DNA from: Ostrea edulis
Taxonomy: Eukaryota
Assembly: GCF_947568905.1 (NCBI RefSeq)
Contig: NC_079164.1
Location: 34,100,001 to 34,164,000 of the forward strand
Length of the DNA stretch: 64,000 bases
Direction of reading: 5' to 3'
Shown in pieces: positions 33,713-47,300 of the stretch. Positions within the stretch are counted from its first letter, which is position 1. Every line of letters begins with the position of its first letter. The position numbers and the translations under genes are program-made. Below the pieces are notes generated by a model. The model was not told where the DNA came from. It was given only the letters and a program-made list of their open reading frames with translations, and did not search any database.

Positions 33713-35639
33713 CCTGAAGCAGTCAAATCATTGTCGTTCGCGGTCGTGTTATTGCTTGTGCTTTATATGGTTTCATGGTGCGAGACTATCGTCGTGCGAT
33801 ATTCAAAATCTGGGCGGAAAACTAGTGGTAATTACGACTCCATAAGTTTTAGGTTGTTAAGAATGGGGGTTCTTTATCGTGTTGACATATATCGTGGCAA
33901 GGGGTTTCAATGTTTATGGTCTAATCCAAAAACCCGTGACTCGTACTGCTAATGACGACCCTCAATGAACGAAGTGCACACTCTACCGACTACGTAGTGG
34001 TGCCCAAAAGTCACCGTGTCTCCTAATGGGATTGGGGATTAAGACATGGAAGCAAATGTACACGAGGAAACAAATCAAAAGGCCACAGATTTAGGGAAAG
34101 GCGTCCCATAATATTTGGAAAGATGAGAGGCACATGTATTCGATGGCTGGACATTAGCTTTGTAATGGACTGTAGAATAGAGATAAGTCAGAAAGAATCA
34201 AGGTACGAGATTATGATGTTCAAATATGTCAGATTGAAAAGTCCCTCGCTGGGGAATATGAATCCTACATAGGATATCTATTTAGAATGTATGCACGTCC
34301 TCGTTATTCATACAAACACATGGCATACTATTTACCCAATTTTCTTGTGCTGTGGTGTATTGCAACGTCTGTCGATATGTCCACATCTTTTTTTTAAGTT
34401 AAGAGTTTGCAATAGAAGGAATCTAAAGAATTCTTAGACATAGTGCTCACTGCTTGACCTCAGAGAATAATTGGTTCATTATAATTGTTTACGTAGCACT
34501 TACGTTTTATTATCTGACGTCAAGAGCAAAATCAGCACAAGGTCCTCTCCAGTCCTGGGGTAGTCATCACATCGACCCCGGACTGGATAATTGCCCGTAA
34601 AGCATATCTTGTCAGTGTAAACAGTTATTTGTTGACACAATAAACAAAAATGAATAAAACAATATTGATTACTATCCCGGTGTTAATTCCTGCACGGGCA
34701 GACGATATTGATCAGAAAGCGCGGGAAGCTGAAGATCAGATTTGTGATCTTTACAAGAGAGTCGTTTGCATTGAAAGCTTCCGACAAACAGTCTCAGATT
34801 GAGGGATAATTGTTATTTATTTTACTTGTTAAACAAATTGACTACATTAAACAGCAATTGTTGCAGTCAAAGATTAGATTGCTAACCTCCTAGCGAAATG
34901 TTATCGACGGGGTATACAATATGTCTTACCTTCCGTGTTTAATTCTGTCGATTTTTAAGATGTAGAAAAGTTAATTCAATGCGTTTATGTAAACCACATT
35001 TAGATATTTTTTTTAAATCATCAACCGAGGCCATTATTTACCAGGTACACTTTCAAGTAATGCATTAAAAATATCTACCTGTATGTACCGTAAAAGTTTT
35101 TGATGAATTGCACTACAATAGATCCATTTATATTGGGTCAAGCACACAGAGTCAGGAGGTGATTCCGATATCTACAATACGGAAGGGAAACATTTGAAAA
35201 TCAAACATTAGCAGTGAACATGGTCGTCTAAATTCAATATATTTTCCTCCTTGGGACTTGAGAGTCACTGATATGTTTGTAGTTCGCGTTCGAATAGTAG
35301 ACATTGAATGTGAGTTACATGTATACTATTCCAATATTTTGAAGGTAGTTGAAGTTGAAAAATGAACATTGAATCGCTATTGAAATTTTCTATTTCTAAG
35401 CACCAAAAATTGCTTTCCTTAAACATCAGTTTGTTTTTCATTGCAATTTATATAGCTAAATACATCCGAATATTTGTTGTATATATCTTAAAGCTAGTAC
35501 TTTCAAGTCCATTCAAAAATGAAATTGTTGTTTTTCATGTTATTTGTATGATTTGTTATTTTAAAAAAATCTTGTATTGCTTGAATTTATATTTTCGGAT
35601 ATTTTGTCCGCGGACGTTTTGTACAATATTTATTTTATA

Positions 35640-36105
35640 TTACCGGTTCCCCATATCTATATAGCAATGTTCCATTATCACCTGCATTTGGTGTTAATGT
35701 CTCGCAACTGATTCTGTACGCGAGGGCATGTTCAGCGTATGATCAATTTTTAAATTGCAGGCTACTGACATAGTAGATGTTACAGTAGTTTCAATAGTCT
35801 CGTTTAAAGTAAGATTTCGCAAATTCTATAGTCGTTATAATGATCTTCTGCCATTGGGATAAATGCTGTCTGACGTGTTCATACCAATTTTACATAATGA
35901 TTTTGCCCACGGATTACTCCGTTTACCTGATCAAGATATATTGCCCTCCGCGGGTGTGACCTGTCAGCAGGGAATATTTACTCCTCCTAGGTACCTGATC
36001 CCACTGCTGGTATTTTCAGGAGCCCGTGTTTGCCCTACTTTTAATTTTGTATTCTATATAGGATTTATGAAATTTACCATTGTTCGATATCATCACTTTT
36101 TCATG
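35640..36105 (+). mobile_element. Penelope-like 3' fragment (same family)
   Basis: [31 protein letters not shown] remnant plus shared 3' UTR. Confidence 0.72.
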
Positions 36106-36869
36106 GACCACTGCAAACCACGTCATTTTCAGAATCAAGATCAACGAAAAAATTCCATCTGCCTCTTATGTTAAGGATAAAAGGTTCAGTGTATCAGAAA
36201 TACTTTTAAAACTCAGTGGAAGAGTGTGTTCTGTAATCATCAATAAATCTTCAAAATAGTATATGTAAGTGCATACACCTATGAAGAAACTCTGTGCTTT
36301 TTATATACTTATGCTTTTGTGCTGAACATGATGAACAATTATCTTAAAAAACATAAATAAAAAGTTCATGAACTTTGTGCCATTTTCCCTCCTCACGTCT
36401 GAACATAGTGTGCGTCAAATTAAAACAAATGTACTTTTTTATTGTTTGTGGGTTGATTTTGCATACCATTTGAGAATTTTCCCCAATAGAGGGGGTCATC
36501 AGGTGTAGGTGAAATGCCTCAAATTTTGGCCTTTGGATAACGATCAAGACCGTATGAGTGAGGGTTGTTTTTTATCTTGCTAATGCCCACCACGGGACCT
36601 CCGTTTGTAAGGTCAAATCCGAAAGACCTGGGCACTTGGCAAAGAAACAGTTACGGTGCCACAGTAACTACCTATGTTAACTAGCTTACACGTGACACGA
36701 CGCCTTGATTGAACTCTAGACTCCCTCTAGCGCGGGCTACCGGGACCGAAAGGAAACATTAGTAACACTATGAGCTGAAATAGCAAGTGTTGACTGAATA
36801 AATCTGAACTCTTAGAATTGATTCATTATCTTTATAGTGAATAATTATGGATATGAGGTTGCAAATACT

Positions 36870-37530
36870 ATCTGTTATTATGTCTGGTTTGTTTTATACC
36901 CATTGTTAGGGCGTTCTTGACACAATCGGAACTCCTCGAATGTCTCGCGCACTCGACATAGATCTCGGATGTAATACGATGGCATCCATGAGCGAATTTG
37001 ATGCATTGTCAATTGTGACGTCACAGCAATGCACCAAATTCGCTCATGGATGCCATCGTATTACATCCGAGATCTATGTCGAGTGCGCGAGACATTCGAG
37101 GGGTTCCGATTGGTTCTTGACACACTGATTTTGACTACGGATTACGTAAGAGTTAATGCGTACATTGACGCACTTTAAAATCCACTGTAAACATTAATAA
37201 AAACTAAACTTTGTGCATTTTAATCATGTCTTACGTTTTTCATTCTTTTGTTGCATGCATTTATATCTACTTGTATAAAGGTTGACCTACTTTCCGAACA
37301 CTCCATTCCTGAAAAATAATGGAGTGTTCGAACAAAAGAATGACATCATAGGTGGATTTTAATACGTTTACCTGATCAAGATATAGGGATCACGGCGGGT
37401 TTGACCGGTCAACAGGGGGTGCTTATTCCTCCTAGGCACCTGATCCGCTCTGGTGTTTCCAGGGGTTCATATTTATTCTAGTTTTGTATTCTTTATGAGA
37501 TTGATTGCTTTACGATATTTCCACTTTTTT
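36870..37530 (+). mobile_element. Penelope-like 3' fragment interrupted by two small insertions
   Basis: The family sequence GGCCGTTCTTGACACACTGATTTTGACTACGG is split by 36923-37112 and by a second insert at about 37145-37362. Confidence 0.65.
36923..37112. mobile_element. 190-bp near-perfect palindromic element with a 10-bp TSD
   Basis: Arms CAATCGGAAC.CCTCGAATGTCTCGCGCACTCGACATAG... mirror about a central TGTGACGTCACA; TSD GTTCTTGACA at 36913-36922 and 37113-37122. Confidence 0.88.
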
Positions 37531-37534
37531 GTAT

Positions 37535-37685
37535 AACAATACAGTTGTTGACCGAGGTTGAGGGCAATAGTTGATCTGTCGGACCAGAGTGCAAACTGTT
37601 GCCTACGGCCTGGTGCAACAGTTTGCACTCCGGTCCAACAAATCAAATGTTGCCCTCAACCCCGGTCAACAACTGTTTATCATTG
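37535..37685. mobile_element. Short hairpin element
   Basis: ACAGTTGTTGACCG.GGTTGAGGGCAA...GCAAACTGTTGC / GCAACAGTTTGC...TTGCCCTCAACC.CGGTCAACAACTGT. Confidence 0.7.
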
Positions 37686-38072
37686 CATGGATTAAGTATT
37701 TCAGTAATGTTAAAGCGTTCAAGTGATCAAGACATTGTTGCTGGAAGTTTTAGAATGAATAACAAAATGATGTTGATATTGCTCCAAAATTAGATAAAAA
37801 GAAATATTATTCTGTCAAGTACATTAAATGATTGACTTATTGATAATCATTTGATAAAAAAAAATACCATCACTCTATACAATAAAACCACGCCCTCCAG
37901 CGTGATGGAACGTAACAATGGACACATGACTTGAAATTACAAGAAACGCTGAATGCGCGGAATTCATGCTCGTACGGTTCATCATCAAAACATACGACGC
38001 TTTTTTTTTTAAGATTGCTGACCGTAATAGGTTATAACATCCAGTATAATATACAAAATGTTATAAGTATTG

Positions 38073-38198
38073 CATGCAAGCGAGAGTAACATTGAAAATT
38101 GTCATCCCTCGAAAACCCATTGTCAACCTCCGCTTCAACTCGGTCGACAATGGTTTTTTCTCGGGTTGACAATTTCCAATGCTACCCTCACTTGCATG
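38073..38198. mobile_element. Short hairpin element
   Basis: CATGCAAG.GAG.GTA.CATTG.AAATTGTCA.CC / GG.TGACAATTT.CAATG.TAC.CTC.CTTGCATG. Confidence 0.7.
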
Positions 38199-38513
38199 TT
38201 TTTGTTATTACCGAATTAAAGAATTATATCCCGGAAGTACAGATATAGGTTAGGTAATATAACGTTTATTAAATGGCTTCTTGAGCTCCATTCAAATGTT
38301 GTCCTTCGGTATCTAGAAGAAGACCTGTGAAACTGTCCCCTTCTGCTTTGGGCAAGAGTTTCCCAGGTCTTCTCCTCTAATGAGGACAACAGTGTCAAAA
38401 CTGTCCCCCAAGAAGCCATGCCAGAAATGTGTAGTCATTATCGTCACAACCTAATGAGGGATGTCGTAGACTGACTATCCAGTGACTGGTCTACAGTAGT
38501 TCCAATCATTCGT

Positions 38514-38612
38514 AAAATCCGTTCATATCAGAATATCAATAAATAGTAAAATCCGTTCATATCAAAATATCAATAAATAGTAAAATCCGTTCATATCAAA
38601 ATATCAATAAAT
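38514..38612. repeat. 34-bp tandem repeat, 3 copies
   Basis: AAAATCCGTTCATATCAAAATATCAATAAATAGT. Confidence 0.85.
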
Positions 38613-39389
38613 AGGTTGAAATATGAACATGGATGTAGGTAAAAAAAAATATCCTGTACCAATCTCGACCTTGGTCTTGCTTTGATATTGAATTAGGAGA
38701 GAGTCAACATTCCTCTAAACAGTATAAATGTTATGACTTACGCTAAATATTACGTGTTTAAATAAATTGGGAGCTCTCATCAAGCAAATCGCTCGATTAA
38801 ATTTTGACATATTACAGTCAGTCACATGACGGACCACTATGAATATCCAGTCGCTAGATTTGTCTGTGTGTTGTTGACGTACTAGTCATCAACAGATAAG
38901 GGTTATCATTCTCATATGTAATTTTCGTGTTTACACCCACCCAATAAATTTTAAAATTACAATATGACATACTGATCAACTATTGGTTCATTCAAAACAA
39001 TGAATGCGATGTCCCTCCCAAGTTAAATACCATATGTGTGTGTACAATAACACTTGCTTTTTAAACAAACTGAAAATAAAATACAGCTCTTAGATATACC
39101 CTTTGCTGTTTAGATAAGAAATTGAAATTACGCGAGATTTAATTATTTCCTATTTTAATAATTACCCCCAACCCCCCACAAATATGTTCAAAATAATACT
39201 GATATTACTATTCACATGGTTGTATCATTGTTACATATTTTTGCTAACTATTTTGATGTACACGTGATAAAACTCAACATTAAAACACCGTTATGATACT
39301 AAAAATAAAGTAACGGGGGGAGGGATATTTTCAAACAAAACTGTCTGCACTTGTTGCATATAAAACAGCGGGGCAACCTAAACAGTTCA

Positions 39390-39800
39390 CTTTTTGTATC
39401 AGTAATGTCAACGTTTTGTGTTCATTATATCGCACGATTATATCCCCACAACAAAGTTGGGGGAGGGGGGGGGTATATACTGGAATCGGGTTGTCCGTCT
39501 ATAGACGCAATGGTTTCCAGGCTCTAAAGCGTTATCCTATCCACCTACAGCCACCATATTATGCATATGGAATACCCATGGGACGAAGATGTTCCCTATT
39601 GAATTTGGGGTCAAAGGTCAAGCGCACTGGACATCGAAGTAGCAATATGGTTTCCGGGCTCTAAAGTGTTATCCTTTTTACCTAGTCACCATATCATACA
39701 TAAGGACTACCAATGGGACGAAGATGTTACCTATCGAATTTGGGGTCAAAAGGTCAAAGGTCAAACGCACTAGACATCGAAGTAGAAATATGGTTTCATC
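39390..39800. mobile_element. Helentron-associated/pearl-like non-autonomous element with internal tandem units of about 150 bp
   Basis: TATCCCC.CAACAAAGTTGGGGAGGGGG...TACTGGAATC start, GTCCGTC, and repeated ATGGGACGAAGATGTT.CCTAT.GAATTTGGGGTCAAAGGTCAA units. Confidence 0.6.
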
Positions 39801-40319
39801 TCTTATCCATTTCTCCCTAGAGAAGAGACTACCCAAGGTTTTGTCATGCCCTTTCTTTTTTACACTCAGGAAAGAGGTAATTTATACCTATTAACAACAT
39901 CCTTTGGGAGATTGGGGAAGCCGGGGGTATTCTTAGTGAGCACTGCTCACAGTACCTCTTGTGTAATCGTAAAATCAACAACTTACTGTTAGTTTCGGGG
40001 ATTTTTTGGAATTCACGCTTGTATATATCGGCCATTTGCCATATTACATTGTATATCATTAAGGGTGTGAATCTCTCATTCCAAATCCTTTCTTTTCTTC
40101 GCATGTTTATGTCCCCCTATCTTTGCCTCCAAGTTGAACGGTATTAGTGAGTCATCAGTTCATAAAATTTAAAGTCTTTTTTTTTTTTTTTTTTTTGCTT
40201 TGTTGTCTATACCTCTTATCTATCAATTTTAAATTGTCTACTTTCTTATCGATTATTCAATGTGTTGGTTGAAACTTACGTTCAAATAATCCCAAAAATG
40301 TTAAAGTCATTAGTTCAAG

Positions 40320-40600
40320 TAATCACAAAAAATGTCACGGTCATTAGTTTACGGTGACCTTGACCTATGATCCCTGATATCATCAAAATCTCTGCCCATT
40401 GTCCTCTTCTGTACGGAAAATGAAGCTTGAGGATAAAATTATAGATGACATCGTATCTCCTGATAAGAGTGGATGGACAGACAGATAAAGTGATTAGTAT
40501 AGAGTCCTCAAGCTCGGGTCTAGAGCATCATTAGTAAATGACAAACGTCGGACAGACGGACAAACCGGTGACGTTACATCTCCCCAACTTTGGCAACGTT
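40320..40600. mobile_element. Helentron-associated/pearl-like remnant
   Basis: TGACCTTGACCT motif, GGATGGACAGACAGA and GACAGACGGACA microsatellite segments, terminal CCCCAACTTTGG. Confidence 0.5.
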
Positions 40601-43514
40601 TCCAACTGAATTTAAGTATATATATATATTTGTCTCAATCTATTTTTTAACAAGTGTTTGTTTTTTCATTGAATTTTCACCGTTTGTTTCAGACTTTCAA
40701 AGTCTTATTACATTATTGTATGCTTACTCACGCATACGATGATATTGATACTGGGGAAATGTAATATTTATAAAGGTTTGTCATTCGTTAAGTCAAATCA
40801 CGGACATGTGGCAAGCTTATAAATGTAATACCTTGAGATTTAAGATAGAGACATCAATATAGATACAATCTTAAGTTAGATATTCTTGGTGACTCTATTT
40901 CAACCACGCTATATTAAAATATAATATTTCTTAAATGCCGAGATCTTTCTCATGTGCGCATGCTCGTCTCTCCCTTCTCTGTTAAAGTCCTTTTAAACTT
41001 AAAACAGTTTTATTTGTAATTTATTGTGTAAAGTACACTGTATGATATGTGAAGATGAGGATAACTTATGTGACTTTCTTTGTTCTCTTATTTTGATTGT
41101 CAAAAGACCGGAGATATTTTCCTGTTTCACTGCCTCGCTATGATGTACAGCGCGCGTTAGCCGACCTTTTCAAGCGTTTTATTAACACACACGTAATTAA
41201 ACGAATGACCATTTTATTGCTTTTATGAGTTAACTCTGTCACTTTACCAAACATAGACTTGAAATACAGGAAACAAAAACGATCACATTTATAAGGCTAT
41301 TGGAAACAAGAAATCCATTATGGTCTCTGCTGTTTCATACAAATGAAGAAACCAATTTTTAGAATGTCGGTTTTTTATATTCAATGAAATGGTATTCCAT
41401 TTCAACATGCGTTGAAAAATGAGTCGGGTGTTCATTTTTCCTTTATTTTTAATTCCACTAGAGAATCACCAACAATCAAATCAAGGTTTTTGATTGATTA
41501 TCTATTTCGCTTTCAATGCATTTACAGTTTATACAAATAAGCACTTAGTTATGAAAACACGACATCTGTCTATGATAAAATATACCTGATTTGAACTGCC
41601 ATTAAAAAGTCCTAGTCCAATGCCATACCAATCCATGGTTGTCCGAGTAAAAAAAAATTAAAATCAATACGCAATCAACACTCCATTTATAAATATTGTT
41701 ATTTATTACATCAATTAAATCCACTGCTCGTAATTTATGTTAAGTAATCAGCTACCTTTATCTCTATCGGGTTTTTTGACTTTTGTTAACATTATCTTCC
41801 GTCTAACCCGTTCCCTCATAGGTCCCGTTACAAACCGTTAATTGTCCGGCACGGTAAAAAAAACTTTTATCTACGAGTCTCCTAGTTACTACGTTTAGCA
41901 ATTTTTCCCCGCTAATGTATTAAGTGGTCACGTGATGTAGATCGATGATTTGAATCCGTGCCGTGAGAACAAAAGTTGAATATTAATTCCTGAACCCCCA
42001 GTACTCTTACAAGTCTTGTATTTAAAGTTCATAGTAAAGAGGATTGTATTTTCTAAGCCGGTAAGTTCACTTTTTTAAAATATATACGTTGATTGATGAA
42101 ATAGTCCAGCTTATAAGGCTTTTAGAAGCCTTGATCATCGGAGTAGTATGGTGCAACGACATGAATTTAAAAAAAAAAAAATAATGATAAAATTAAAATA
42201 CAGAAACATATTTATATACATGTATTTCGATTACCAACCCTCTGAAGTAAATACTTAACCATTTCGAAACCCAAAAGATGCAAAGCTAAGCTAAATTTTT
42301 AATTTTTTTTTTTTTTTTTTTGAAAAACCCTTGCAAATGCAAATACATATATGTACATACGTAACAATATTTTAACAAAATGCATAATGCGAACGTAATT
42401 ACAAGTTCATGGACATATAGTTGAAAAAATTCACAAGGAAATGTGGTTTTAAAAAATGGTCCTAACTGACTCTATGGCTGATGATACTATGAAATCTATG
42501 TCACTGTTTTGTACCACAATGATTATCTAATATAACGCCCGTCTTTGGTCTGCATGGAGTGAAATTTCAAAACCACATTTTATTGCACATTAAAAACCCA
42601 TTGACTACCTGTTATCGCAATCTAACGAGGAAATGCGATATCGAATCTAATACTTTAATCCACGCGGTTTGTGTATTGCTTTCGCGTAATATTTGAAATA
42701 TTTGACACACACTTGTGAAAAAAATGACAAAAAAGAGAAATTTTATACCCCACGAAAACAAATTACGTAAAAGAAATCAAAAGAAAGCTAGAATAAATTA
42801 TCTTTGTTTATATGTAAATTTTGTAGTCTAAGTATTTGCTCTGTTGCTATTAAGTTCTCAAAAATAACTGAAGGAGACATAATTCAAAATCTATTTAAAT
42901 GACATGATCTTTTAAGTAAACTCTATCAAGTTCGGTAGACTCAATACGACAAGGTGGTCGTCCATTCAGTAATCAGGGCCCACCTGTAGAACGGAGATTG
43001 GTGACCATAGCTCTGAGCATCACAATCTACAGACAGAAAACAAATATATACATGTACTGTAACAATATTTCTATAGCACACTTATAAATTGATAATAGCC
43101 ACGGGGAAATAACCGTGTCCACGTCCTAATGCAGCGTTCGGACCTCTTTAGTACAGAGAGTGTACATGTACGCATGCAAGCTGTTACCTGACAGAAGTGA
43201 AGCGAAAGTGAATCTAGTTTATGTTTTCTGTCGTCCAGATTAAATCTGCGGACAGTATCACCAGGTATCTCGCATGACCCCCATGTGTTCTGTAGGTGTA
43301 AAAGCAGGCTCGTAAATAAACCCTCAGTCCGCATCACCCAAGGGTGAAGAGAAAAGAATTAGGGAAATAGTAATTTTCAAATTATCACACAATAGACACG
43401 ACTGTGGAGACAAGATTGTGTTGAAGAAAAATTTTCTGAATACGTACAAAAAAATCTCAATACTGTTTGTATGTATTTAAATCAGGTCACTCGTTCTGGT
43501 GTGAGCATATTGCG

Positions 43515-43604
43515 ACCAGGGTATAAGAGTAGGAGTGTGTAATGCAACCTACAGCGACATCAGGACGCAACCCAGACCAGGCGCACCAGCAACACAGAGT
43601 AAGT
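43515..43604 (+). promoter_or_regulatory. Candidate DAT core promoter and short non-coding first exon
   Basis: TATA-like GTATAAGAG at 43521, then about 50 nt of GC-richer sequence ending in a perfect donor AGA|gtaagt at 43598/43599, about 640 bp upstream of the DAT ATG. Confidence 0.5.
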
Positions 43605-44241
43605 ACTTGTTTTGTTTGCCAAATTGATCCTCTATATGAAAGTATCTGAGAGTACACAGCGTTAAAACATTATATTTTTATTCAATTTTCCGGTCTGCAA
43701 CAAGTGCGATAAAGCAGACAAAAGCAATAAAACATGATAATTTGTTAATAAGTCAAAATCATTCCTCGCACTTTACAACATATGGATACAAAATGCTCAC
43801 TTGCAATTAACTCTTTCATAACCGTAAAATATCTCGCTCCCCTCACCAGCTGCTAAAGTTATTTATCAAATCGGAGCGGGATACTTTTTCAGTGATGACC
43901 AAATATTTTCCGGGGAACAAGATAAGAAATACCATGATGAAATGCAATAGGCAAGAAACAGTAAATCACATGTTTACTCTCAGATAACTTTCACGCATAG
44001 TAACCAAATGGATAAGCAGTTCCATAGATATGTCTCAATGGAGTACAGCGCTCTAGTTAAATTGTGTCGGGGAAACAGTGAGTGATATTTAATGAAATCG
44101 AACTGAAATTAATGTTTAAAACTGGCACATTGTGTTACACGCAGGCGTTGGTGGCAGGTTCGTGTAAATCTATCATTCATTTAGTAAATTGGTCTTGTTT
44201 CAAGGTGTGTGATTACCTATGAATGACGTGACGTAATCGGC

Positions 44242-44320
44242 ATGGATTCCAAGGATTCAGATGGAGGTTTACTGGACACAAAAGCAGACTCTACAGAAAA
44301 TAACAAGAATTTACCTCAAG
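44242..44320 (+). CDS. DAT: DAT coding exon 1 (cytoplasmic N-terminus)
   Basis: [26 protein letters not shown] plus G|gtaggg; phase 1 matches the next exon. Poorly conserved region, so less certain than the transmembrane exons. Confidence 0.7.
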
Positions 44321-47300
44321 GTAGGGTCAAACAAGTTATAGACATGCGAGGTTTTTCTCCATGCGTCAACCCGTGGTCCATTGTCATCTTTCATGTCTTG
44401 TCTGGCATGTGGAATCAATTAGTAACCCTTATTGTTAGATACAAAACCAGAAGTTTACATTTCATTCATATAAAGATATCTGATAGCTGTAATTCTTCTT
44501 ATCGCAGGTTTTTTTTTATATTCTTTTTCGGGTTTTATTTACAAATCTTTGGAAAAACATTACATTTCGAATCGCCTGTCAACCACGATTTAAATGTAAT
44601 GGTGACAATTTAATATCTTAATTATTTTAAAATGATGACATGGAATGAAAAAATGTCCATACACAAGATTTTGTGAGAGCTACATGTATCTATTTTGATC
44701 ATAAATCCATACTTTTTGTCATGTCGCCACTGATGTGGTTTATAAAACTTGAAGGTAATTTAAAAGAAAAACCACCTCCAAAAAAACCCCGTATAACTTG
44801 ATTTTTAATTCACTCCTATTTTGAATGGGGTCCAAAATCAGTCAACGACAAAATCTTGATACCAATAGTATTACTATATGGAAACTCTTTTATTTATGTA
44901 TGCTAAAGTTTTCAGTTATATTTTTCATTATTCATTATGTCATAAGCTACAACATTACTCGCTCTGTAGTCCCTAGCCTACCCCACTAATGGTACTTTCA
45001 TGTAAATCCTTGTATTTGAACAATTGCTGTGTTGCTTTCCGTCTTTGTAATAACCATCAGTGGTTGTTCCAATGCGGAAACAAACATTCATCCCAGGCAG
45101 CACCTAATCGGATGGCAAATTCCAATAATCTGCAGCAAAATAGGTGTTGATGTTGTGTTGCGATTTGTTTGTGTACTGGGGTAGTGACGAGTTCTGGAAT
45201 AACACCTAATGAGAAAACATCGCGAAGAAATCCATATTGCTTTCTCATCACCGAATTAAAAAAAATCGCTTAAAGAACTGCAACTTTCCCACCGTTAGTA
45301 AAATGTATATAGGTCTCTCGCTCTCTCGCACTCTCTCTCTCTCCATGAAATCATCCAAGGTACATACTCTGGTTCTATAGGTAATAAATCAAGTAATGGT
45401 AAATTGTAGGAAGTATCCAGACTAGCAGTAAGTAGACCATGGTTGAAGAACCGGCGTGATTCTGTAAAGTTCGATATTAATATGGAGAAATAAGTTGACA
45501 TTTCAATTAGCAAGTTTTATTTAAAGATATTGATAGCAATTGATCTTTACTTTGAAATGAACGTGGATTAAAATGGATATTTTAAATCATGTAAAATGTT
45601 TCAATACCAGATAGGGTATTTGATTGATTTCGAACTTCAAAAGTTTTTTTTAATTCGTGTGTTAATATCTAATATCAAGCAGTCCCCAGAATATTTGTAA
45701 ATGTTAGTAGAAATGAAGACTCCAACATTCTTGTTCTGTTCTACAGAACAAAACGAAACTCGTATATTGGGAAACATGAGTCGAGATTCGCATCTCCATG
45801 GGAATTTCTTTTTTATCTGGTAGAAGAAGAGATCCTGGGAAAACGGGGAGGTCTCTTTTAAAAATGTCTTCATTGTTATACAATCTTTATAATTTCTAAC
45901 ATTGCAACATTATACTATTGCTCAAACCCAATTTGAACTGAAGTATTTCTTTTACGTCATCACATGAACCATTTTCATATGTCAAACACAAAGACATGTC
46001 ATGAACTGCGGGAGGGGTCGTTAAAAGGGTCGTCCCTTTATCTCCTCAGCTTCTTTTTGTTCAGGAAAACTTCCAACAATTTGCTAAATCATGTCAGATT
46101 TTGATATATGCTTACTTCGGAATGGGGTTCAAGCAACATAACGAAGAAGAGAAGAAGAAAAAAAACAGCGACGTAACGTGTGCCAATTTGCTTCCCTAAT
46201 AAATTTTGAATTAAAAAACATTGAATATCAGCCATGCGAATTTGAGTTCATAAATCAGGGCTTGAAGATAGGATCAGACACCTTGTCAAGGTTTTTAGTT
46301 TCGCTATTGTACAATCCATTTGTTGTAGTTAGACATAAACGAATATAGGATACCAAGTCTTTTTGTTGAGGATTTGTGTAGAGTTTGTCAATTGAAAAGA
46401 ATTATCAAATTCTCATTACATCAGGTTGGTAAAAAGAGTTGGAAATTCTGGGATGAAATAAGAAAACAAAACTGTTCCTCGCCACAAGTTTGTACGAAAA
46501 GCTGGTTTGTTCCAAACAATTCCTGCAAACTTAATGTTTATCTCCAATCGACATATATTATTTCTGAAGTAAACAAGAAACATTCAGAACCATTAAACTT
46601 AGTACGATGCATTACAGAAGTCAGTAACGATCATGTACGTTGCATTTGAATACACATTTAAAGAAAACAGATTGTATGGAAATTATAAACAAGAAAAAGA
46701 TTCTATTAGTATAACAGACTCATGCTGCCATACTGGTGAAAATACTATTTTAACCAAACAGAAGGGGGAAAACATAAAAAGATCATAAATAAACTTACAC
46801 ATCAAGGGACTGCTATAATGTAATGCAATACATATAGTATAAGTCTACTGAAAACATGTAATGTATGTTAATGAAAACTGAGGTGTATAACATCAACACG
46901 CTATATACTACACTGTTTGTGAATTTCTCATGTTACGATGGTTATGAGAATTGTGTACACGGCATCTACTGAGCATCGGGGAGAATTGTTGTAACAAAAA
47001 AAAAAAACTTTAAATATCAAAATCCAAACATAGACATGGTAGTTTATGTAGAACCTTCATTTAGCAAAATTCGGATTATTAAAAAAGAAAAAGAAATATT
47101 AGACTGTAGAATGTCAGATTACCATGTTTACAGTATAAAGCTGTCAAGAAAGTTCATATGTTGTTCCGATACAACCAGTCAAATAGAAAAAAAAAATACA
47201 ATTGTGGAGACTGACCTGAAGCTCTGAAGTAAAAATGGTGGAAGACGAGCAGATGCTAGCACCTATTATCTTGTGTTTACCAATGTGTATTCAGCAGGTT

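Noticed and set aside
35863-36174. Recurrent short ORFs such as [29 protein letters not shown] (also 60056-60355, 12924-13166, 54599-54862)
   Set aside because: Translations of the Penelope-like 3' UTR; they recur because the repeat recurs, and frames and stops differ between copies
42478-42510. Hammerhead ribozyme core (CTGATGA...GAAA), and a similar candidate at about 58720
   Set aside because: Stems I-III cannot be formed; the 58720 candidate also lacks the required GAAA
44321-44613. Extension of the DAT first-exon ORF to 123 aa
   Set aside because: Read-through past the donor at 44321 into intron; the spliced frame continues at 51024
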